In this document: positions 25,971 to 38,305 of the stretch, piece by piece | Layout of the letters: the number at the start of each line of letters is the position of its first letter | Numbering within the stretch: the first letter of the stretch is position 1 | From: Octopus vulgaris | Taxonomy: Eukaryota | Direction: 5' to 3' | NCBI GenBank assembly: GCA_951406725.2 | Contig: OX597833.1 | Location: 34,410,001 to 34,474,000, forward strand | Length of the DNA stretch: 64,000 bases | Translations under genes and position numbers: made by a program | Notes under the pieces: model-generated | Told to the model about the DNA's origin: nothing | What the model saw: only the letters and a program-made list of their open reading frames with translations | Databases searched by the model: none

Positions 25971-28900
25971 ATAAGGCCAAGAGAAAATGATGTTTTATAA
26001 ACATATTCTACCAGTATACGAAGTTTAAAACTTTTTAGTTACCTAGAAATTATGTTACAAACTGCCGTTCAAAAGGAATTCGGTGTGAAAAATTATATCA
26101 GTAAACCGAATTTTAAAATTTCAAAATCTGTGACAACAGAAAAGATCCGATTTTGGAATTCTATACCTTAGGAATCGCACCATTATGATAATGTTGCACA
26201 CACGTTCCCTCTCTCTATTACATAAACTTTTATGTGCGTCAGGATGGATTTTAAGAGTATACTGTCATCCCTGCCTCTCTTGCATGCATTCTCGGTATAC
26301 ACACAATAAATGTGTGCGCAGACATACACACCATCGGTTATATACGAAATACAAAAACGTGTGTGGTTATATATATATTACATGTAGCCACACAAATACA
26401 TATCTATAGCTATGTGTATGCGTGTCTTTGTCTGTCCCCCATCACTGCTTGACAAGTTGTGTTCGTTTCGATAGAATAAGTATCGGGTTTAAAATAGGAA
26501 TAAGTACTGGGGTCAAGTCGTTTGACTAAAATTCTTCAGTCATTAGTCTGCATGGCCGCAGTCTAATGAAAAAAAGATACACATAAAAACAAAATATGCA
26601 CACATGCATACACTTTCGGAGACAGACACAGTGATTTAAAGTTAGAACTGCATACGGTTCGTAAAATCACCAAGTGTGTGTTGAACACAAAATTTACAAG
26701 AGTATAAATAACACCACGACTCCTCATTGTCGTCGTCAACTAGACAGGAAACCTTAGAGGCAAGCAGTTAGCTTGCCTAAGGGAATTAACTCGACAAATA
26801 ACAATTTGTTAATTAAGCAGGTGGCCTTCGGCAAGTTGTTGGGTAAGACACGACATCGCGACTATAGAATGCATTAATTAGGTGTATGGCTTCAGGCAAG
26901 TAGAATGCTGTGTCTTGCCTGGAGGATACACATGCTAGATTCACCAGTGAATGTTTGCGCTCTCGTTCACTGCCGCGCAAACACACTTTCATAAAAGCAG
27001 TTTTGTACAGAGAAAGATATACACATACGTATGCACAATCACGCATCCAAAGATGTAGAGATGTTCACATATTCTATTAATGATGTAGGAGGTAGAAAGA
27101 GAGAGTATACTCAATATGCATGACAATAATGTGTAGGAATATAAAGATATATCGTCGCAGGCCAACCATAAGAATAAAAAGCAATCCAACGCATCGTTTT
27201 TTATTTTCTAGATAGTCGTCTGTGGATGAGTGTACATGTAAAACTTCTCACATGTGTGTGTGTGTGTGTAAGCACACACACACACACACTGCAATATGCT
27301 TGAGCGAATGATACTTTAAAAATCTAAACATATAGGGGATAAATCATTCCGAGATTTCATCTGCATGAAGTATTTCTAAGCTAATTAAAAAAACTTGTGT
27401 AAACTCAATAACTAATATTTTGATACCAATAAATACGGGAGACAACTCTATATTTGTTTTTGTTGACCATCTCATCTAAGCAAATACTAATTTTACACGG
27501 ATGGCATTTGGTAATCTCTTCTGTATCCCTTGTCTATCCTCATTGCTTTTCCTAAATAGTATTTAGTCTAGCTCTATTATTGGTTCCTTCCATTTTGTAA
27601 CTCCTGATATCACTTCATTCATAATACATCATCTGTTCACAATACATATCTAAATCCAATTGTCTCTTAAATGAAGCTACATTGCTTGCTTCCACCATCA
27701 CTAGTATGGCATTTATTTAGGTGGAGGAATGGTTTATGAGTTGTACCTAACCAACAACAGACTACCTACGTGCCATAGGTCTGCTTAGAGTTGACTTGGG
27801 GCTATAAAATGTGCCCAAACTAGTATATTTATTGAACCTGATGTAGATAATTGGTCATCATCATGTGTGTGTGACACAGCAAATTGAGAAATCCCACCCA
27901 TCTGCAATAATAATTTTTAAGTGGCTTAAGACTATGCATTTTGGTGAAGGAAGTAGTCAGCTAAACTAACTACAGTATTTGATTGGTGTCTGTGTTGTTG
28001 ACTTAAGAATAATGGATGGCAAAGTTGATCCCAAAATGTACTGAAATTATTAAATACACATAGACAACTAAACTCTACAAGACATTTGTCAAGTACTTCA
28101 CCTATTGCCCCTTCCATTGCTCTATTACTTATTCATATAACTCTCCAGATTTAGTAAATTCTCTAAATTCACTCCCTTACTTTCATCTACCATCACACTT
28201 GATGCTCATGTGTCTAACAGTTTACTATACTTTTTCATTCCCCAATAACTCTAAAACAATTTTGAAACTTCAACCATCTCCTGATTAAATTACCTAGATA
28301 AGAGGACTTATTTAGATCCTTCTAGTGAATTGTCTGAATAATCCATAACCTTCATTTCATAGTTACAGATGTTGCTAACTCTTTCATGGAAGGTATTGCA
28401 GCCAGAGTTTGTGATTCCCCATTCAGTCTAGTACATATCTGTTCTTTTTTTTTTTTATTTTATTGGTTTATCAGATAAATTCATTAATTTTCCCCCCATT
28501 TACTTTAATCCTTTTCAATGTTATTGGTACTAACATGAAAGATATTTTTATCAGTGTTTTTGTGTGTGTGCAGCTCTATTCTTCCTCTACTGCTTTAAAA
28601 ATTTGAATAAATTTTATCTCTTTCAGACATATGATGATGGAGTGCCAAGTAGAAAAAGAAACAAAAAAGAAATAATTTATCAGGCAACCCAATACATCAT
28701 GCATTTATGTACTATAATGTCATTGGTTATAGGTTGCAAACAGGATAACTGCTAGTACATCATATCTCCAACGGCATAAGTGACAAGGGAGTGTCTGTGC
28801 AACTTGCTAAAATAAATACTACAACATATTTTAGTACGATATATGGATTTACTGAAAATTTCTAGTCAATGTGTATATTTTCCACCAATAAACACACACA

Positions 28901-29596
28901 AAGATGAGGATCTGTCCAAGGTAGGGTGCTGTCAGTTCAAACTCAACACCATGTGATGCAAACTTCTTTACCTCACAGCTACATCTACTTCCATTACTGT
29001 ACCATATGCAAAACTGCAATTAAAACTTTTTGAGGCCCTTACTACTAATAAATATTTTGATCCTGATCACTATATTTTCTTGGCTTTAATTTTTTGCAAT
29101 TCACAGAGTAGTTATTAAAACTAGATCGCCAATACAAAAACATCCTATTAGGTGGTGCTCTAGTATGGCCTTACACATGATGGCTAAACATGCTAAAGAA
29201 TTATAAGCATCCAACAATGAATCATTTTGACACTATCTATAGAAATAAAATGAACAAATGAGGTATGATGATAGAACCTTTAGTCCTGACAATAATGTTA
29301 GAGAATTCTCATAAAAGCCCTTTGACGGGTCTTTACAAATCAATCTCCAAACATTCCCTGGTTTTATAATTTCAAGGTAAAATTGCTCTTCAATTACTTC
29401 TGAAATTGCTTATCCAAAATAATATATGTGGGTCCAGTTATTGGTATAACTTGTACTGTATCCAATCGAACTTTATTTTATCCAGATCAGAACATTTTGC
29501 CTTTTAATGTATATGTACATAAACACACACAAGGCATGGGTATCTGTTTAAGACATTCACTTTGCAATGGGCATGTGTTTTCTACTAGTTTCAGAC

Positions 29597-31058
29597 CAGG
29601 GGGTCACCAAACTTTTTCGACCATCGACCCCCTTTAGCCACTTCTTCCACATCGACCCCCTTTAACCACTTCTGCATCAACCACCCTCCTCATTTAAAAT
29701 ACCTTAATACTTTACCCTACTGTACCATATCTTAAATGTGTACTGGGTACTGATGCTGGCAATTAAAATGTTAGCTAAAATATACATGTACTACAAATAA
29801 AGAAATTCAATTTAAAACTACGTGTAGTATGAGTATACAGTATTAAACTTTAAATTTTTATGAAATTGTTTTCACGGTTACAAAATGTGAAAAACGTACC
29901 ATATTGCTGGAATATCTTTTATTGAAATTGACAACATCAATATGAGGGATGGGCATGGGTGATCCTGAATCAAGGCATTGATATCAGGCTGAATGTTAGT
30001 CAATTTCAGTCTCAAATCACCTTGTTCCTCCAGGTTCGGGCAATTTCTATAAACAAACACTTGTCAGTCTCCTCAATCGCATCTCTCAATCTTCGATTAC
30101 GACATCAGGCTTCGACCGTTAGCAACAGACTTCTCACTGCAGTGAAAATTTATCATGTTTTCCCACGTTTCATGGTGATAAGTATTTCAAGCAGTTCATC
30201 TGTGTACGCTGGTTTTTTTTTTGCTCGCCGACCCCCATTAAACCCCTTGTAATTGCTCACCAACCTTTAGGGGGTCCCTCAGACAGCTGAGGTAAAGGAC
30301 ATAGACTGCACCTCCTTTCGGGGTTTTTTTTTTGGGGGGGGGGGTATTTTCTACAGAAACCCACCTTTTCGACTGCAGAGATTCTGAATCTGCATTTCAA
30401 AATTTTAATTCCCCACCCCAGTTTTTCACATTTTTAGAAATTTTTTGGCAAAATACATAGAAAAATATGGAGATTATGATTCCGAAACAAAAATAATTAA
30501 ACTCCAGCTAAACGACGAATCACGTTTTCAAAATCTTCAATTTTTATATACGCTCCAACCGGAAAGTCCGACAAGCTAGAACCAACAGCCAAACAAAAGA
30601 TATACTTTCTAAATACGAAACCAAAAACGAAAAAAATGTTGTCATTCTGTTGTCGTGTGTGTGTGTATGCAAAAAAACTTATTTTTACTTACAAAAGACC
30701 CTTAACCACAACACGTTCACTTTCTGTCACAAATGCGCTGGCGGAGCGGAGGGTTTGTTTGTTTATTTTTGAAAAATTGAAATTTTACAAAATTCTTTTT
30801 TCAGAATCATAATCTCCGTATTTTTCTACGTATCCCCCCCCCCCCCCAAGAAAAAACTTCTCAAAATAGTGAAAAACTGGGGGTGTGAGGTTGGGGAATA
30901 AAAACTTTGAAATGCCGATTTTTTTTTTTTTTGTGTGCAGATTCGGAACCTCCGCAATCGAACAGGTGGGTTTCTGTAGACCTCACCCCAAATAACCGAA
31001 AGGGGGTGCGGTCCATGTCCTTTACTTCCGCCCCTAGGACTCCCTTTGGTGAGCCCTG
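29597..31058 (-). mobile_element. hAT (Charlie/Buster-like) deletion derivative containing a nested MITE (30286-31035)
   Basis: TIRs CAGGGGGTCACCAAA / TTTGGTGAGCCCTG; flanks tttcagac / agatagac (degenerate 8-bp TSD); minus-strand RNCPNLEEQGDLRLKLTNIQPDINALIQDH matches the hAT C-terminal region; it splits an older SINE (29530-29596 and 31059-31290). Confidence 0.75.
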
Positions 31059-31775
31059 AGATAGACTAATTATATGTAAGTGGAATTCGGCAGACAGAAA
31101 CTATGCAGAAGTTTGTCTCTCACACACATACACATATATGTACTTATACCGGTCTAAAAATTGATGTTGTGCTGTGTCCTGTAACTTAGTAATTCGTCAA
31201 ATAGACGCCAATAAAATAGTACGGGGACATCGTGATAGACTAAAACCTTTCAAGGAGCTGTGCAAGCTTAACAGAGGACCAAAGGCTGATACAGGTAAAA
31301 TGTGTTCGTGTGCGTGCATGTGTACACACAGCATATATATATCTTCAGACATGCATCTACAAAATTTACTCTAAGCATTCTGTCGTAATTTGAAACAGAG
31401 ACAAAATATTTCTATTTTTCAGCGTATATATATATAGGAATAAATTTTAAAAAGACATCAGTAGATGTGTGAGCCTGTGTGTTGATATATATATGCGTTT
31501 ATATGTATATAAATATAAGAACATGAACATTTATCGACCTCCTGAATAAGCTTCTCGGTAAACTCTGTGACACGGTTTCGAGCCTCAGTTAATGTTTTAT
31601 TTAATTTACTGTATCCCTAGTGACAGACACGAATGTCACAATTACCGTTTTCCCTCCCCTTGAATTTATCAAGGCTGGTCACTCATTAATGGATACCCTA
31701 GACTGCGAAAGGTCAAATTGTGCTAGTGCGTGAAAGAAATTATGTACTGATGTGTTTATGTCTCTCTTTTTCTAT

Positions 31776-31807
<32 letters not shown>

Positions 31808-34737
31808 AATATATATATATTTATGCATACAAAATGTTTTGTGTTTATGTGTATATGGAAAAAATCATTAATCAAAATCGGAGAAAAGTGTGGAGTTGGT
31901 CGCTTGAATCAAATGGCCTAAATTGTCCACTACAGAGTGAGTTGCACACTTTCTCCCTCTGTTCTCTGTGATACTTTTTCTACTACCACCACAACTACCC
32001 TTTCTTCGTTTAGTTCTCGATCTCTATCTCTCTCTCCATATGCATACATACAAACACACACACATACATAGGAATATCTCTCTCCCTATATGTATACACA
32101 CACATATATCCCTTTCTTATTCTTCGGTTAGCGATAATGGTGTGTGGGTGGGGAGTTAAGAAAGCGTATGTTTGCAAGACATCGCTCGATCTGTTAAAAA
32201 TAGTAGTCAAATCTCCCTCGAAACCCCCCTACCATTTTAAAATGGAAGGATCACATTGGACAATGTAGTCTCTGGTAGATATAAAAACAGGATGGCTGTG
32301 GTGGAAATGCCTTTGGCGATCAAAATCAGCTCGATCAGGGTAACCGGGGATAAACAAAAATAAACCATCAACAACGTCCATAAAGTGTAAGAAAGTACTT
32401 ACCTAGATCAGCGTAAAGAGGGTCAAGACTCGCTTGCTCGTTGACTGCTTGTTTGTCCGTTTGGTGTTGGATCGTTGTAGATAACGTATATAGTATATAT
32501 ATATGTGAGTGAATGTATGTAGCTCAAAACGAGATGCTTGCAACGCAGACCAAGCCCTCAAGGTATAAGAAAGATAGTTTCCAAAGAAAAGCAGCAATGA
32601 TAATATATATTTATACGTGTGTAGTAAGAAGAATGAGACCCCAGCACAAAACATGCTGAAAGTGAAAAGTGGAACGAAGCTGTTTCACTAATTAACTTAT
32701 ACTAAACTAATAACATCAACAGCATGGATGGATATCGAAAGATGCGAGGGAAATAAATAAATAAAACAACAAAACACCGTTAACCCTGTCCTCTCTATCC
32801 CACCCCAAAAAAACTGAGAACAATGTGGAAACTGAAATCAAGGGAAGATAACTTTGCTTCGGGTTTTCTACCTTGCCTTTATCATCTACACCCTTTCTCC
32901 CTCCGCCCTTCCATCGTTTTCCTCCACCCATTTCTGTCCCTAGAGGGCGTCACTGTAGTGCATAGCTGTGCTTAGTGAAGCTTATCACGAAGAGTTGATA
33001 GAGAGAAACAAACAAAAAGAGAAACGGAGAGAGAAAGAAAGTAAGAGAGACGGAGAGGGCTAGACACAGCCGCTAGTCTCTATCAGCGCCCCCAAACAAC
33101 AATAGTGGAAGTGAATGCTTGTTATTTAGGGATGGTATTATTGACAGTGGCGTGAAATGATGATGATGATAGGAGTAGAGATGAGAATGTTGGAGGGGTG
33201 ATAACGATGGAGATGATAGTGACAGTCACAGGAGTGGTGATACGATAGAAGTGATGGTGGCGGTGGTGAGGTGACTTGAAGGCGTATATTTTGTTTTGAA
33301 GTTTCTCATATATATATATATATATATGAAGAACAAATATACTTCCCCCTGAAGACGAAAGAATGTTTAGTTGATTTTTCTCCAGTCTATGTATCTTTTC
33401 AACGAGACTGTTACTATTTCTGTCTCTCTTTCTCTCGTTCCCTCTCTCACTCCATTTCCGCACATGCTGGATGTGTGTGTATGTACGTATGTATGCATTT
33501 TTTTGTTACTTTTTCCTTTCTATAATTCAAGCCGATCACTAACAAAGTGGCAAGTAATTGTATTTGGATGTGTGTATGCGCGAGCGTATACATATGAATT
33601 TGTCCCACTGCGTGCACTTTGGGTGCGTGCCTTCTAAGTATAGCCCTGGCCAATCAATACTTTGGGAATGAATTTGTTAGACGGAAACTATGTGAAGTCG
33701 TGTGTGTGTTCCCAACCCCATTGCTTGACAACCGGTGTTGGATTTCTACGAGCCCCATAACTTAGCAGTTTGGTAAAGAGACCAATAAAAATAAGTACTG
33801 GGGATGATTTATCCAACTAACCCTACAAGGCGATGCTCCAGCATGGCCGCAGTTTCAATGACAAACAAAAGAGTAAAAGATTTGTGTGTATTTGCATCAA
33901 TATATGTAGATATGTGTATGACTTATTTATGTGCATATTTGTATGTAAATGTGTATAAACACATATGTCTGCACTTTGAGATAAATGCGTTTCGCGATCA
34001 CGTAACTTTTGGTTTCAATTTCACAAGCGGCTCAAGTTTGCTGATGACTTCTCGTGTGTGTGTGGTTATGATGCATCCCTATATGATACGTTATTTAGCT
34101 GTTCGACAAATAGACCGTTAAAATGTCCCAAACAAAAATAAGTACTGGAGTCTATATGATAAGCAAACCCTTTCAAGGCAGAGCCGAAACCCACTGACTG
34201 AAACCAGTAAGAGGATACATCTATCTCAATCTATCTGCTAATTTTTTCGGTTTCTCCTTGTTTCCTTCTCTGCCAGTGATTCAGCATGCCTCTGTCTCCC
34301 CTCTTCTCCCTCCACATTTCTCTCATTTCAGCATTTGATTTTCTGTGAATGCATCTAATCTGTCTTTAGAAGTCTGAGCAGCAAAATAGTTGCAAGTTGC
34401 TACACTGCACTCCAATCACTGTTTGAGGTAAGGAAAATACCTTGAGATCCCAGTCTAGACTAAAGCATAAGATACCTAAAAAAATTCTGAAGAGAGGGGA
34501 TAGAAACCTCGGACAACGGGAAATTTGTAGTTGGTAGACATCGGTGCAAGATACACACACACACATTGTTATCATCATCATTGTCATTCTATTATTTAAT
34601 CCAGTAACTGCGACCATGCTGAGGACCACCTCGGAGAGTTTAGCTGATGAATTCGACCCATGTACTTAACGTTTCTTTAAAGTCTGTTTGACATACTAGA
34701 TCCGATTTTTATTTTATTTATTTAAAAATTCCACGTG

Positions 34738-34778
<41 letters not shown>

Positions 34779-34936
34779 GAGTCCACTGTGATCCGTGTGT
34801 AGGAGAGGTGCAGCCGGAGGGTAAGTATCCAAACGAATCCGTAAATGGTAGATGAAGAGTAGATAAAGTGTCCAGTGGAGAAGTTTGTAGTGGTAAGAAA
34901 AGATAGGATCAACATGTGCGACCACGTGAGCGTGTG

Positions 34937-35786
34937 ATATATATAGGGAGAGTTTACGAAAAAAACAAACGACGAAGACAGGTGGTGTACAAAAAGCCAT
35001 TCCCTGTACATCGGACAAACGGGACGCCGCTTGGCTGACCGGTTCGCGGAACACCTCCGTGACATCCGCCTCGGCAATGACACCCGAGTCTCACGCCATT
35101 TCCGCTCCACCAGTCACTCCTTGCAACACCTGTCTGTATTCGGATTGTCCTTGCACAGAGGCCATCCGAACTCCCGTTTGCGCCGTGAACAGGGATTAAT
35201 CTTCTCTCTTCGCTCTTTTATGCCATTTGGGCTCAACTCTCCTCCCCGACTCCTCTTCACTCATACATCTTTTCACCCCTACTCTCTTTCCCTCTTCTCC
35301 CTTACTCTCTTTCTCTTTGCTCCTCACTCTCCTCTCTCCCCCTCCCCCTCCTTCTTCCCACCCAACTCTCCTCTCTTGCCCCAACTCCTACTTCTCTTCA
35401 CCCCTACTCTCTTTCCCTCTTTCTCTCTCTCCCCTCCTTCCCTCTTCCTCTCTTCTCTCTTACTCTCTTTCTCTCTCCTCTCTTATTCTCTTTCTCTCTT
35501 CTCTCCTACTCTTTCACTCTCTCTTTCTCTCTTCTCTCCTCTTCTCTCTCCTCACATACCCACCTTCCCCTCGTGTTTGACCCTTCTGTCCGGCACTAGT
35601 CGCCATGATAGATATAGATATAGATAAAAGCCACTACACACATTTTTTTCTCCTTGTTTTTTGTGTCCCTTTCTGTAGAAGAGCGTAGGCTCGAGACGTA
35701 AAAGGCTTTTTTCTATTCCTAAGCGTTATACTAATACAACTGTTTATTTTGTACACCACCTGTCTTCGTCTTTTCTTTTTTTTCGT

Positions 35787-35797
<11 letters not shown>
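34937..35797 (+). mobile_element. Penelope-like element 3' part: GIY-YIG fragment, pyrimidine tract and pseudo-LTR, flanked by an inverted pLTR piece
   Basis: LYIGQTGRRLADRFAEHLRDIRLGND...REQGLIFSL...PFGLN at about 35004-35240; 34945-34994 (agagtttacgaaaaaaac...gacgaagacaggtggtgtacaaaa) is the reverse complement of 35747-35794. Confidence 0.85.
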
Positions 35798-35820
<23 letters not shown>

Positions 35821-35867
<47 letters not shown>

Positions 35868-37149
35868 GGCAGTTTGTCTGTCTGTGTGTCTGTCAGATTG
35901 TACCCTCACCCTGACCACGGCTTTCAACCGATTCTAATGAAACTTGACACACACATAGCCCAATGTCATAATGCAAAACTAACGCAGCGAAAATTTTGAA
36001 AAGTTCCCCCAGTTCTGAAAAAAAATCGATAAATTCGGCATAGGGTCGAGAATCTAAGCTTATCATATGCAACACATTTTCCGTTGTAGTTTTCGCAACT
36101 TGCAATCGATTTTCACCAAACTCATGGTGATGCTTAATGTTACCCTAAGGAACTTAATTCTGACGTTAGTTTTCCATGCAATACCTTACCATCAGAAAAA
36201 ATCGATAAAATCATGCCATTTTGGGAAATCGCATTCAAATTCAAGATGACATATTTTCAACAATATCTTTAACAAATTGGCAGGAATTTTTTTTGAAATT
36301 CACAGCGAGCATCATGTCTGCTCCAAGTAGCTATATGGCCCTTTTGATTCCAATAGGATACGTTATTACTGGAAAAAAATCGGTTAATTACATCATATGT
36401 GGCACACATAGCAAACCAATTTTTCTGCGAAAGTTCACATAGATTTTCCTTACACCGATGTTGGACATCAAGTTTGCATTAAATGTCAAACTAATGCAGT
36501 TAACAAGTATTGGGAGAAATCGACAACACCATATCACTTTGAGACCGACCATGCGAACCCTACAAAACTGACTTTTGTTAAATAGTTCGCAGATTTCAGG
36601 CGATTTAGTCGATTTTTGCCGCTTCAGCTAGGAACGTCGTATACACAGAAGTATTGGAGTGAAGAGAAGACGTTGCAACCTACACATGCGCCTTCGTTCC
36701 CTAGAGGGAAAGGACTAGATCGGCATTAGTCGTTGCCTACAAGAGGCTCCCGAGCCCCCTTTCGCTAGACTTAAGTTAGGATTAGGTAGGGCTTAGCTGT
36801 GGTCCGAACCCAACTTTTGTTCGGGGGGGGGGGGGGCGGTGTCAAAAGGGCCGGCATATGCAACCTTATCACCTCTACCTGTCAAACTCCCAACCCATGC
36901 GTTCTCGTCGTGACATTGATCCCGCAGAACTGGGTTGGGTGTGCTAAACAAAACCAGAAAATGCACTTTGACTGTCATAGATTTTCTTCATGCATGCAAG
37001 GGAACGGTGCCTTGAATGCCTTAATGCCTTTTAGGCTTCATTTTACAAAATAACGGTTCAATGAGTACAAAAATGGGTAAAAAGATAAAGGGCATTGCTT
37101 ATCGACAAAGTTTCTTACATACCCGGGCAACGCCGGGCTATGCTGCTAG
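35821..37149 (+). mobile_element. Non-autonomous Helitron, copy 1
   Basis: 5' TC(TA)n start (inside a microsatellite, so approximate), GTCT repeats, 3' hairpin CCCGGgcaacgCCGGG followed by CTAG|T at 37146-37150; shares modules with 44561-45359. Confidence 0.8.
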
Positions 37150-37165
37150 TATATATATATATATA

Positions 37166-38299
37166 AGAACCTGTCCTTAATTTCTTCAGGGTTGGTCATG
37201 GTGGGGGCATAAGCGCTGATGATGGTCGCACTAGTCTTGTTTCCAAGTGGGAGCTGCATCTTCATCAGCCGATCGTTGATACCCTCGGGGGAGCTTTCCA
37301 GTTTCCTCACGTTTACTGACTTGATGGCAAAACCAACACCAGCCTCACGACGCTCTTCGCTGCTGCGACCACTCCAAAAGAAAGTGTAGCCGCCGCCTGT
37401 CTCTGTCAGCTGGCCTTTGTCCACAAGGCGGGTCTCGCTCAGTGCTGCGATATCGACATTGTATCGGCTCAGTTCTCTGGCCACCAGGGCAGTTCGTCTC
37501 TCTGGTCTGTCCGCTTTGGTGTTGTCAAGCAGAGTTCTCACGTTCCAAGTTGCGAAAGTGAGCACCTTTGTTCGTTTTCTTTCTTTGTTTCGACCGCTTT
37601 GAAAGGATCCCCGCCAGCCGCGGTTTGCTGACCAGGGTGAGGTGAGGCAGGCTATGTTTAGGGCAACCTTTTCTAGCCCCGTCCTCATGCTGCGGAGGCG
37701 AGCAGAGCGATCCTGAAGAGGGCTGCTCGGTCACTCAGGAGGGTGCCGGACTCCACTGCTGCCTCAGTTCAGTGAGGGGCGACCACATGTCCTGAGCCGC
37801 CTGTGTGTGGGTTCACGACTGCAGCTCCCAGTGTATCCTCACCTGCTACTTCGCCGTTTCCCCATCGCTACAGGACTTTGTGATGTTGGTGTCATGATGT
37901 CATGACGTGCGCGTGACTTGGATTATAGTGAGGGTGACTTGCGCAGGATCAGCCTCACTCTCTCGTCCTGGTGCGCCGGATCCAGTGGCAAGACAAAGTC
38001 AAGACGGCTGGGGGTAGACCAGGATGCAGGAGCTGCCGGAAGGTGGCACGCATGGCGCAATCCAACCGCCTTAGGGGCTCCACTCCGGATTTATATAGGT
38101 TTTTGGATGGCCATTGACTCATGAGAGAGTTCCTCTGCCCTTTGACAGGTTTTGTTTTTAGTCCTGCTGGGTGTCCAAATCACCCTCCTCACCAAGAAAT
38201 CTTGGTGGGGTTGCCAGTTTAGTCGCCAACGACCCGACCATGTAACAGGTTGTACTGGGTTACATGTTACCAGTAGCTCCAAGCGGAGATCTGACACAA
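37166..38299 (-). mobile_element. Inverted 5' part (5'UTR and APE N-terminus) of a near full-length RTE LINE
   Basis: ORF 37146-37688: TFATWNVRTLLD...DIAALSETRL...YTFFWSG...GVGFAIK...ISAYAPTMTNPEEIKDRF; this continues on the + strand at 38306. Confidence 0.92.
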
Positions 38300-38305
38300 A
38301 TATAT

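Noticed and set aside
27430-28540. Very old CR1/L2-like LINE remnant on the minus strand
   Set aside because: Only a faint VEA..V..FK..LD-like motif; too decayed to delimit.
28627-28755. Possible coding exon after a tttcag acceptor
   Set aside because: No recognisable homology, no clear GT donor and no partner exons.
35240-35627. Leu/Ser/Phe/Pro-rich extension of the 198-aa ORF as a membrane protein
   Set aside because: Translation of a (CT)-rich low-complexity tract following the Penelope GIY-YIG fragment.
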